From the NCBI GenBank assembly GCA_001244265.2, contig CDLV01000007.1, positions 806,001-870,000 of the forward strand: DNA of 64,000 bases, read 5' to 3'. This DNA comes from Microbotryum violaceum. Taxonomy: Eukaryota. The translations under genes were made by a program, and so were the position numbers. Shown here piece after piece: positions 50,777 through 61,778 of this stretch (positions within the stretch are counted from its first letter, which is position 1; every line of letters begins with the position of its first letter). Below the pieces are notes generated by a model, which was not told the DNA's origin, made no database searches, and saw only the letters and a list, made by a program, of their open reading frames with translations.

Positions 50777-51825
50777 TCAATTCTTCCAGGACCCTCCACG
50801 GCGTCCTTGTGTCTGTCGCGCCACGTTATCCAGCACCTCTTTGATCACCTTTTCCATCATCTCCTCCCTCACTTTGTCCTCCTCAGACTCCACTTCTTCT
50901 TCGTCCGATTCCTCTCCCTCTGCATCTTCCTCGTCTTCCTCACCCTCCTCATCCTCATCCTCTTCGTCGTCTTCATCATTCTCCTCCGCCTCCTTGGCCT
51001 CCCTCGCATCATCAGCCTCCCTCGCCACCCTCTTCCTCTCCATATACCCCCTCCTCTCCTCCAACTCCTCCCCAAACGCCCGTTCGGTCTTCAAGAAACT
51101 CTCGCAATGATCCCAATACGTACCCACCCTCCCCTTGAAACCCTCTCCAATCTCTGGGAACCCATCTTTTTCATTCGTGGAGAGATAGGTATAGTTAACA
51201 TTGACGAGATTTTCGAGGATTTGGGTACGCGGGTCGAGGACTTGGTGGTTTTGTAAAGCGATTCGCGATTCGCGATCGTAGGTATTTTGGTCGACGACGA
51301 AGGATTCGTAAATCGTTTCGAGCGTACCGGCGGGCTGGGGGAAGATCATGTTGATGAACGTAGTGTTAGAGCGGTCAGATTTACAACTTTACTCCTGGGC
51401 AATCCCCGTGCTCGAATTCAGGCAAATTGGAAACGCACCCAAGTGAACTTAATCGTCTCCCCCGTCTCCTCATCCACCTTCTCCTTGACGACATCGAACT
51501 GATTATACTCCACCACCCGCGTCACCAAACTCCTCACTCTCGGGAACTTGAGGTGCAAGGCGCCAAAATTGGGTTTATGAGGCCAATTACCGTTGCGTAG
51601 GTAACGTACGAAAACGTCTTCGTCGCCGCGGGCGAGCGCGTAGGAGATGGAAGTCCGGGGAGGGGGAAGGGGATGGCCTTTGAAATTGACTTTGGTGGTT
51701 GGGAGGGAAGGTTCGGTGTCGAGGTAAGGAATGGGAGGGGCGACGTTGTGGAGATTCGGACGGCAGTCCGTGTGAACGGGACACTTGGTGTGAGACGCGA
51801 GGCGGCGGAAAGTGGCTCGGAACAT
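50777..51825 (-). CDS. Hypothetical protein, 2 exons, presequence-like N-terminus and acidic C-terminal tract
   Basis: MFRATFRRLASH start. A GTGCGT..CTAAC..CCCCAG intron joins ORF 51418..51987 in frame to ORF 50777..51349. Confidence 0.65.
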
Positions 51826-52161
51826 GGTTGGCTTGGGGTGATGAGGAGCGAGAAGAGGAAGAGAGATCGGAACGGTAGGACTCTGTGATGAAAACAGAGT
51901 GAGGGCCTTTGTCAAGCCCTCATCCATCGTGGGGGACTCCGATGAGCTCGGGACAAGGCGCGCGCGCTTCCGCCTCCCCCCTGTCACAACGCAGGGGCCA
52001 TCCTCTCGGACGCCGTTCGGCTTCCCTTTGTTACTTCTTGCTCGAGATTAGATCTGTGCTCGGACCCTCATTAAGAAGTATGATGCGATTCTGATTGGTG
52101 CATGAAGGAAGGAGTTACAACATCGAAGACTTAGAGTAGCTGGTGGCGTAAATCGGTGGCA

Positions 52162-55154
52162 CTACTTCGCCGCCTCGGCCTCCCTCTGCTTCCGGGCCAG
52201 TTTCCTTTCCACAAGCGAAACATACTTGTTCATCCCCCCCTCGATCAACTTGATCTTACCGCCACCCACGCAATAGTTGTTTCCCGTTACCACACCCTCT
52301 TCGTCGCTGCTATCCTCATCGTCATCATCCTCTTCGTCCACTCCATCATCCTGAGTGACCCCTGAAGCTTGTTTGAGCGTCTGTCCCTAGATTACCACGC
52401 GTGAGAACCATCGATCATGAGTGATGACAATCACTCCCCCTTGATAATGTTTCAACGCCACTGCAAGGGCTTTGATCGTCGCCAAATCGACATGAGTCGT
52501 CACCTCATCAAGAAGCAGTAGTGGAGGAGGATGATAAATGATCAACGCGATCGCCAGTCGAACCAGTTGCCCTCCTGAAAGTTGACCCAAAGGCGTATCA
52601 CTCGCCGTCTTGTCTTGTAATCCAAACGAACCTAGACAGGCGCGTACTTCTTGTTCGAGTACAGTCTCCCCCTTGGCTTTGAAGTGATCGAGGAAGTACG
52701 AGAGTGCCGTCGTCGGTCTTCCCGTCGAGAGGGAGAGTCCTTGAGTGTTTTGAGCGAGCGTCAGCTCCTCGACCGAATGTTGGGAGAAGTAGCCAATCTT
52801 CAGGAGGGGATGTCGTTCGATCTTGCCTGTGGTCGACTTCAATTCTCCCATGATCGATCTAGCCAGGGTCGATTTACCCTGTCCATTTGCATCGACGAAA
52901 GCGCACCGTCCACCTTGGTCGACGGTAAAGGTTACGTCTTCGAGCAGGGGGACCTTTTGTCGGGGATGTCGGAACTCGACACCGTCAAAGTGAATTAGAG
53001 AACCGAGAGTCCGAAGCTTCTCTGGGTCCGGAATGCGAAGTCTGATCTTCGACTCTTGATCCTCGAATAGGATGTCGTCACGGTTCGTGAGATGATATCC
53101 TGTTTTCCGTGTAACAAGTGATTGTGAGCGACCATCCAAAGTACTCATCGTAACCTCCTACGTTGGACATACCAGCTCGATCTCGATTGAGCTTGAACCG
53201 CGTCCCCTTCTCACTCTGTTCCAATCCGAACCGTTCGTCCAATTTCTTCTGCCGAGACTTGACCAGCCTCCGTCGATTTTCATCTCCGGTCTTCTTGGCA
53301 CTTGCGATCCCTTGCTGGATCGATTTCTCAATCTAAAAAGTCGGCACCCCCGAGTCAGCCTCGTATTGCGCTCGGCTTTGTTGAAGGTGTTAGTAGACCT
53401 TGCACTGATATCAGGGGCCGGATAGCTTAGTTGGTCCAAGCTTTTCCAATGAATGGAAGCGACCCAGGTTCGACTCCTGGTCCAGCCGTTCTTCTTCTTT
53501 CGTTGATCATTTCGGGATCATCGTTGATTCCAACAGGTTTGGCGTCTAGAATGCTACTTAGATGCTCCTTCTTCCGATCCAATGCCTCCTTCTGGCCGAT
53601 CAACTTCTTGCGTTCCTTCCGTTCGTTGAGTTCGAACGCGGCGGGGGTACCATCAAAGTACTTGAGTTTTTGTTTGCGTAGAACGATGGTCTCCTCCACG
53701 ACGGACTGAGCAAAAAGGGGTAGTAGAAGGTGTTAGCCGTGTGACTACATCGATAAAGGACGTGGTCCGGGAGTATAAGTCTTGGGGCTCACGTTCAAGA
53801 ATTCTTGGTCGTGCGAGATGAGCACCATCGTCCTCGGCTCGTTGATCAGGTGTCTCTCGAGCCTATGAGGATGCAAATCGATCATCAGCCTCTCGCAGCC
53901 CCGGGAACGAGCCCCAGACCTTTGCAGCACTGACCTGATTACGGCCTCGAGATCCAGAAAGTTGGACACTTCATCGAGCAACAACACGTCACAATTGACG
54001 AGCAGCGACGTCGCGAGTGCGCATCGTGATCTCCAACCACCTGAAAGAGTCGAATAGGGGCCTTGTTGCATTTCGAGTGAGAAGCCGAGACCCGTCAAGA
54101 TGGAACTCGCCCTAGCGGTAGTCGTTGATGCTTCGAGCTGGCGAGACCAGGAACGGGAATCAGGTCAAGTTATGACAGAACTAAGCAAACATACCTGGAC
54201 TGACTAGGTCCACCTTGTTCTGCGCATCCAAAAGCATCTCGGTCGCTTTGGCCAAGATCTCGGGTCCGTCTCAACAGATCCGACTTGCTCCACTCTGAAA
54301 TGGGTTCCTTACTCATCAGCTTCGAAGCTCAACCGGTATAGAAAATGATGCTACGTACCTCTCCTCTGCCTCTCTGACCCGCTGCTCAGCGAGGATCTCT
54401 TGCTCTCGAGCTTCTTTGCCCCGAGTGCCCGATCTCCTCAAAGCAATACTCCTGGCTTCGACCAGTTCTATCCGTCTCCTTGGAAGTTCGATTTCATACA
54501 CAATACGCGTCATCTCGCTGACTGAAGGTGATTCGATCGCCTTCGTCAAAGCTGTGTGATCCATTCGCGACTCATCAGCAAACCCTGCCGTAAGCTCAAT
54601 CTCGCCTCTGTACGACCGCACCTTCAAGTTCATGCAAAGCCTTCGTGCGCTCCTTGTCTCCTCGGATGACATGTTCCAAAACGCTGATCTTGTCCTGGGC
54701 CGCTTCTTCTGTTGCACGATTCGAGTCTTGCACTTGACTGAGGAGAAGGATTCTCAATTCGCTTGGTAGTCCCGGAATCAGTTTTTGGTTCAGGGCTTCG
54801 AAGAAGGTTGATTTGCCTGAGCCGTTGCTATAGTTTGAAGTCGAAGTAAAAACATGAGTTTTTTTTCAAAGCATCCTGCACGACTCTTTTGTGTTTGACT
54901 CACCGGCCGACAAGACCATCCCGTTTCCCTTCTTTGAGCCTCAAATGACTAGTAACGATCAAGTCATTCGGGCCGACCGAAACAGTGACATCCTTGATAT
55001 CGATCTCGAGTGAATGAATCGAGATGGTCTCGGTGTGGAAACGTGATTGTTGTGAGGTACAGTGAATGTCCTTGTTCGGAGCGGCTGGACTCCCAACTTG
55101 CCTTAACTTATGGGCTCTTGTTGAATGTCTGTGATAGCGCAGCTTTGTGTTCAT
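52162..55154 (-). pseudogene. ABC-F family ATPase (two nucleotide-binding domains, no TM), apparently inactivated
   Basis: GRNGSGKST, LSGGWR, LLLDEVSNFLD, ISHD, then LSGGQ, LLLDEVTTHVD and ITHD. Lesions: frameshift near 54260, donor CTAAGT at 53561, second Walker A DANGQGKST, and in-frame TAG at 52389-52387 ahead of the natural stop at 52162. Confidence 0.85.
53416..53488 (+). tRNA. tRNA-like element (pseudo-tRNA or SINE head); isotype indeterminate
   Basis: 73-nt cloverleaf: acceptor GGCCGGA/TCCAGCC (one C-A mismatch), D-stem GCTT/AAGC, anticodon stem TTTCC/GGAAG with loop AATGAAT, T-arm CCAGG-TTCGACT-CCTGG. A and B boxes intact. Confidence 0.7.
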
Positions 55155-55922
55155 TCGCGCGCAAAATTCCTCTCCCACCGGCATCCCTCGCTCGTCACGT
55201 GACGAGTTTCCCTGGACATCATAAACACCGCCGCCGAGATGTGAGACCTTAACTCGCGTTCCTCGCGGCTACAGAATCAGGGTTACTCGAGCGGAAACCG
55301 AGAAGATTTCCACTCTCCGAGTCATCTTGGTTGAAGATCGTGACAGAACAGCCTTTGCGCCGCTCTGTTCGGGTCGGTGCAAGGGTGCTAAAATTGGCGC
55401 CTCCGGATCCGCGCCTCCTCGAATTAGGACTGGTGCCCCCCCCCCCCCCCCCCCTTGTGCCATTTGAGACAATTTCATGCAGGGCCCTCCTGGAGCCCAG
55501 TTCTGTGGTCCCGTGGGGGAACAAAACATCGAATGCTAAGCTGTTCAATAATTCCTCCCGTTTTCTGGAAACGGTGACAGGAGTGGACGAGAGTTCAACG
55601 AGCAAAGGAGTGTCGAACGTGGGCTCCCTTTCAATACCTTTAGCCCAGCCGAGAACGAGCCGCGGGACGGGGGCGGACTGACTCCATTTCCCAAGGCAGC
55701 CCGAGTCCAGCGCCGCCGTCGCAATGGAAGCGAACACTTGAACGCGCTTCGAGGTCTTCTCACCTCCCTATCCGACTCTCGATCATCGCTACAATTCGAC
55801 CGTCTACATCTGGGGATTGCTTGACCCCGGTCCTCCTTTTTCTTCTCCCTCCCTCCCGTCGACTTCTGAACTAGTGCGCGGCTCCCCTTGTGTCTTTATG
55901 CTCGCCGAGTCGCGCCTCGGTC

Positions 55923-58591
55923 ATGAAGTACGGCAAGAAGTACCAAGAGACACTGCAGGCGCCAGGGATCCCAGAGGAATGGCGCCAACAAGCGATCGAA
56001 TATCGACAGGTGAGTACAACCCACCACCATCACCACCGACCGTTTCTGCCTTGTACAGAGCACGGCTGATACTGATCCTCGACTGCTCGCTCCACAGCTC
56101 AAGAAGGTCATTAACCGCGTCGCGACCGAGCTCAAGGACTTGGGCCTGACCAGTGATGTGCTCAAGGACCTCTTGTCGCAAAAATCCACCTCACCCACCT
56201 CCACCTCCGCCTCCACCAATTCAAGCCCGCTTCCAAATGGTAAAGGCCGACCCCGCCGGAGAAGCAGCACGGTGCGAGCCTCGACGAGTGGCCATCTCTC
56301 GACTTCGCCGACTTTCGCTCCGAGCGAGGACGACAAGTTGGAAGCCGCGGTTAGGATCGAGAGCGTCGCGGATGAAGAGGCCGTCACGTGGGATAGTTCG
56401 GAGGATTCGTCGCATCATGCGCCAATCAGTAATGGGCAGATGAGGAAGGATAAGCGTAGGAGGCAGAGCAAGCTTCGGAGGGCGAGAGCGAGCTATGAAT
56501 TGGCCGGTCAGTGCCAGTGCATGAGAAGGAGTGTATGTGTTTGGTTGAAGAAAATACTCATTCCATGACCCCATCGATCGAAATAAGGTGACTCTTCCAA
56601 TCCGGAACCACGCATCCACATCGTCTTCTCGTCCGCTTCGTCGGCGTCGATCTCCGAGTCGTCGTCGGGCGAGTCGAGCTCGTCTGCGCACGTGCGAGGC
56701 CAAATCGGCCGCCACTCTTCGAATCGCTTCACCGAACTGCACGACTCCTCCGAGGATGACAGTTCACCCGCACGTAGTGCAGATGGTGGCGATTTGCTCC
56801 CTCATCAGCATCATGAACACCATCATCACCGCTCAAAACATCATCCACATCATGTCAAGGCTCCTACTGAGGGCGACGACGAGTCAGCGAACGAAGAAGG
56901 TACGACGACCAGTTCTTCGTCGGCCCACCGCGCCAAGATTCGATTCGAAGGTGCCGGACCTCAAGCGAACGCATTGTTGAAAAAGATGTACGGTCTCGAA
57001 GAGAGCGATACCGAGATCACCGAACCTGATCCTGAAGGACAGGGGGAGGACGAGGATGAGGACCATGCCAAGGCGATGCAGGAATTGGCCGAGGTCGAGT
57101 TGGATTTCGAACCCAAGAGGAGGAGGAGCGACGAGACGCTTAGGACGACGGTGCCGGTCGATCAGGAGCATGTCGAGGCGATGAAGAAGCTGTCGATCGA
57201 TACCGAAAAGAGTGCGAGAAGGACTAGCTTGGTTGAGCAAGCCAATGAGCGTCAGGCTACGGATGCTGATGCTGATGATGAAGGGCCGGAACGGCCCAGG
57301 AGGTGAGCACGAGTGGTTTGGATGCTGGTGTCGAAGTAAAGACTGATTCCTCCGCTCGATCAGACGACGGAGACGACACATTCATCATCAACCCCGGAAA
57401 GAAGTCTTCATCCCTCTCAACAAGGACAACGAGTTTCTCGGCCTGCTCGCCAAAGCCCTCGCGTCCCTCGCGGCTCTCCAACTCGCACAAAAGCAAAACT
57501 TCACCACCGCCGTCGAACTCCTCGCCCGAGAGGTCTCCGCTGTTTCTTCCCCCAACCGACCCAAATCCGACCTCTACATTTGGAGAGACATCTTCAGCCT
57601 TTGGGTCGAAGCCCAAATCTTTGAATCGGCAAGGGAAAGGGATCGAGGTGAACGCTCCGTCGAGGCCGTTCAAGAGAAACTGAGTTGGTTCGTCGATCAA
57701 GTCGCGAAACGCAAGTTGGCCAAGAGGATGAAGCACAAGGAAAGTCGACATGCGTTGGAGAGGTTCATCCAGTTGAATGTCGAGTTACTCGATATGAAGA
57801 AGTTTCAATTGGCGAATGAGGAGGCGGCTCGAAAGATTGTGAGTTGGGAAAGGAGGGTTGATACCCGACGTCATGTGGGAGAAGCAGTAACCTGACTTGA
57901 GAGTATTGTCTTTGTCCGGTTCTCACCAGCTCAAGAAACACGATAAACGAACGGCCCTAACCGCTTCCTTAGGGTTTCCGAAATTTATCGCCGCCGCCTC
58001 GTCCCTGTCCGCCTCCTCCTCCCCTGACAACCCCAACAGTCGTGTCCTCACACTGCCCGGGTTTCCCTCCCTCCCCCACGTGCTCCTCTCAACCTTTACC
58101 GCCACCCTCCTCCCCATCATTCCCCAATTAGATGACTACGAATGCGCCATCTGTGGTGAAGTCGCTTTCAAGCCCATTCGCTTGGAATGCGGGCACAAGT
58201 TTTGCGTGAGGTGTTTGGTCAAGATGCAGAAGAGGGGGCAGGACGCGTGCCCGCAGTGTAGGAGTCCAGTCGTACTGAGGGCCAATGCTAGTGAGTCTTT
58301 TCCTCGAAGGGGGGTTGAGGGTGGAAAATGGGTTGCTGATCAAGGTTTGTGTTCGGTCAGCCAATCTGGACACGGCGATGCAGAGTTATCTCCAACTCTG
58401 GTTCCCCAAGGAAGTCAAAGCCAAAGCCAAGTCCAACGCAAAGGAAGCGGCCATGGAAGAATTGGCGGAAATGGTCAGTAACATCAAACCCCTCTTCAAC
58501 AACACAAGACAACGTCCGATCTTTGACTGTTTCGTTTTTTTTGGTGTATCTCGTGCAGGGTATGGACGATAATCAGTGTGCCGTCATGTAG
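55923..58591 (+). CDS. SPX-domain RING E3 ligase (Pqr1/NLA-like architecture)
   Basis: MKYGKKY..W...AIEYRQLKKVINRV, KSDLYIWRDIF, ARKILKKHDKRTAL and C3HC4 RING CAIC..CGHKFCVRC..CPQC. Ends CAVM-stop. Confidence 0.92.
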
Positions 58592-58733
58592 TGTCGTGGT
58601 TTCTGGTCTTTTTTCTTTTCTTGCGTTCTCGCGTCTTTCAATCTTACAGTTTTTTATATCCCGTTTTCCAAGAATATACGTGTGCGGAGGACAAGACAAT
58701 CCTACTTCTATTTCATCGAAATTTTGGCCTGCA

Positions 58734-61281
58734 TCATTCCTTCAAATGGCCCCTCAATGGCATAGCCAATCCTTCCCGATCCTCAACCTCACACTCATGT
58801 CTCGATCCTCTAAACCGATACCTCACCCTCAACGACTTTTTCTCCCCGTAAGCGCAGTCGTAGAAGCCCAAGAGATGGGCTTTGGACCTTCCTGCTGGAA
58901 TAACGAGTTGGGATTGGTTCACGAGCGCTTGGAGGGGGATGGTGACGTCTTGGTAGCGCTGGTTGATGGCGATTTCGATTTCCGAAGGGAATTTCTCATT
59001 CGTAGAGGAGGGGGTTGGGATCGGCTGGGGCGAGGATGCAGTTCGTGGAGTTGGAAGCGGGTCGGGTAGAGTCGTCAAAACGCCGTACCAAGCCTCTTCG
59101 ATAACCAAACCTTAGAATGCCATAATTTGAATCAGTTCCCGTTCAAGGAGTCCCTTTGGTGGAGAAAAACGGCAACGTGCAAACTCACCTTGCACCTTCT
59201 CCTCCTGTTCGATCTTCTTCCTGATGTGCTCGACGAGTAGTGCGATCGCTTCTTCGGCTTCGTGACGTTTCTCGACGATGTATTCGCCGTGTTCTTTGCG
59301 CAGCTCTTTGATCTTGCTGTTTCATGAAATAAAGCCCACGAGGAGTTTAGTCTAAATTTGGAAACTAGAAGTTCGATCAGTCGTGGACTTACGAAGCGAG
59401 TCTCTGCTTCTTCCTCGGCGCGATAACGAATTGATTGACGGCGATGATAGAAAGGGCGGGAACGACGGTGAACGAAAGCGCGAGTCGAGGATCCCAATTC
59501 GAGGAGATGATGATAGGGAAGTTGAGGCGTTGTCCAAGACGATTGAATCTGTGTACCACCCAAGTCTTACCTCAGCTTTCTGGGTCGAAACCCGTTTGAC
59601 CGATGAGGATCCTTGGCGACACACCTCAATTTAAAGGTCATGACCCCGTTCATGGCCATATCCAATGTCATTCCCGCTCTGACGTTCGCCGTCACCCTGC
59701 GCTCACCACTGACGAACGTGCTCAAACCGCCTTGCGTCGACAACGCCCCACCGACCGAGACCTTGACACCACCGAGCATAACCTTGGCCCATTCACCTGA
59801 AAGGGACGACACCGTCAACCCCGTCATGAGACTACATGACCACCCTCGATTGTTTTGCAGGGCGAGATTGATGCTGGAGGACGAGACAGGCTCGAGGGAG
59901 GATAGGCCCCAGCCAAAGAGGGAGTATTGGCCCGTGCGTAAGGTAAAGACACCGGTCGTGTCTTGAAAGAGACGCCGTCCGAGCGTAATGGCAAAGATAG
60001 GTGGGGCGGCGAAGGTCTTGGGTGTGGCGTTGATGGTGACGAAGCTGCGGTCAAACCGAAAATGTGTTTAGTTCGAGACATACCGTACGACGAGTGCGCC
60101 GAGTACGAAGGCTCACGAGTCTGGATCAGGGGTAAAAGTCGCCTTCAGGGGTAATGTCCGCGGCCGAAGCAAAGTGGTGCCAATCTGTGGGATGCCCGAC
60201 GACGGTTTTCAAGTCAGCCGCGCAGGCTACGATATCGAGCCTTGGGGTCCAAAGCCAAGCCCACCTCCAAGGAAAGTTTCGAGTTGGGATTGTAGAGGAT
60301 TTTGGCGAGCAGATTGCCCGCTCCGGTGCCTTGGCGCGCGAGCAACTGACTCGTCAGCACGACCGTTGTCGAAGGCGAGATGGGGTTCTGTAAGGAAAAA
60401 GGTCGAGCGTGCAAGCTTGAGCCATACAGCACCAAGCACGTACATACCTACTTGCACTTACGACGAAAGAGTGCTTCAAAAACATCTGCCGTGTAGAGAC
60501 GGTCGACATTTTCTGCCATAGAGACATGTCCGGAGGGCCACCGAACTTGCGGCGGTGCTCGTCGGGGAGGAAGAGCACTCGAGCATCAGTCGCACAGGTC
60601 AACTCGCCCTTGGACCTGATGAGGCGCTCGACGTCGACTTGGAGCTGCTTGCGACCCAGTCGCTCGAATTCGGCTCGGAGCTGGTGGGAGGAGCGGGAGG
60701 GGAAGGGGGGAGGGGGAAATACGAGAGCTCGGGTGAGTGTTGGGTCAAGGCGATGTGGGGGTTGGGAGAAGCTGGAAGGGGTTCGACTGACCTCTGCGGG
60801 TGTCTTGTGCTTGGGCCCGACTTCCCAATCGGTGTGCAGTCCTTCTTCACCGAGTTGGTCATAAATGGCACGCTTGTGAGGGTCGGACAGTATCTCAAAG
60901 GCATGGTTGAGGCGTTGGAAGCGCGAATCGGCGGCCGCTTTCAGAGCCGGGTCACGATGTCGATCCGGGTGGAGTAGGGCTGCAGCAGGGTGAGGTGGTG
61001 AACGCTGCACAGGTCAGAGTGCTTGTTGTCGCCGCTCGATGCGCAACCCGAGGTGTCTGTGCGCACTGACCGGCCAACCTCTTGTACTGCTTCTGTATAT
61101 GCTCGTCTGTGCTCTGCTTGGGCAAGTTGAGCACGGCATAGAGCGCTTCGGCATCGTGGGCCTCGTCGGCGCGCTCGTCCGAATCGGGCACCGTCGACCA
61201 CACGGGTTCCTCTGGCCGGTCGTGTTCAGGTCGAGTGAAATGCGAGGGGAGGCTCGAGTCGTCAAAGGGTAAGCTGGACAT
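58734..61281 (-). CDS. DNAJC11: DNAJC11-like J-protein (J-domain plus DUF3395-type C-terminus)
   Basis: LYAVLNL..YKRLAALLHPDRH..AFEILSDPHKRAIYD. Gly/aromatic beta-rich middle. C-terminal DVTIPLQALV..SKAHLLGFYD...EKKSLRVRYRF. Confidence 0.9.
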
Positions 61282-61334
61282 GTTGCGCGGCACGGTCGGT
61301 GGCTTGGTTCGCTTGACGGGTGAACAACGAGTGG

Positions 61335-61392
61335 GGGGCAGGGGCAGGGGCAGGGGCAGGGGCAGGGGCAGGGGCAGGGGCAGGGGCAGGGG
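61335..61392 (+). repeat. (GGGGCA)9-GGGG repeat between DNAJC11 and SAM50
   Basis: Read directly from the sequence. Begins 54 bp upstream of the DNAJC11 ATG. Confidence 0.95.
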
Positions 61393-61778
61393 TCCGAGGG
61401 TCCGAGTGAAGAAAGGAGCAAGGGGAATCGCGGGTGTGGAGGGGAGTATGTACAGTTGCGATCGTAGCTGTACAAACTCGGGAACGCGACAAGAGCGCCC
61501 TGACCACTCCGAGTGGTGTGCAGTGCGGGGGGCGAGTCGATGCAAAGGCGCGGCGAGATGGAACGCTTGTGCGAACGAACGATCGCCAGCCAGCCAGCGC
61601 CTGCCAGCGCAGTGCCAGCGCCCAGCTGACCGCCGGACCGCCCCTGCCGAGCCCTGCCGCGCGTATTACGACAGCTGTCGCGCTGTCGTGCGGCCGGCGC
61701 TTTCCCGGTTCGCAGGGGTCCGCCTCTCTCAACCGGTCCTCTCACACCACCACACCCGTCTCGGGCCAGTCGTGAGAC

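Noticed and set aside
38612..53488. Functional link between TRL1 and the tRNA-like element
   Set aside because: They are over 11 kb apart with unrelated genes between, and the element has no evident intron.
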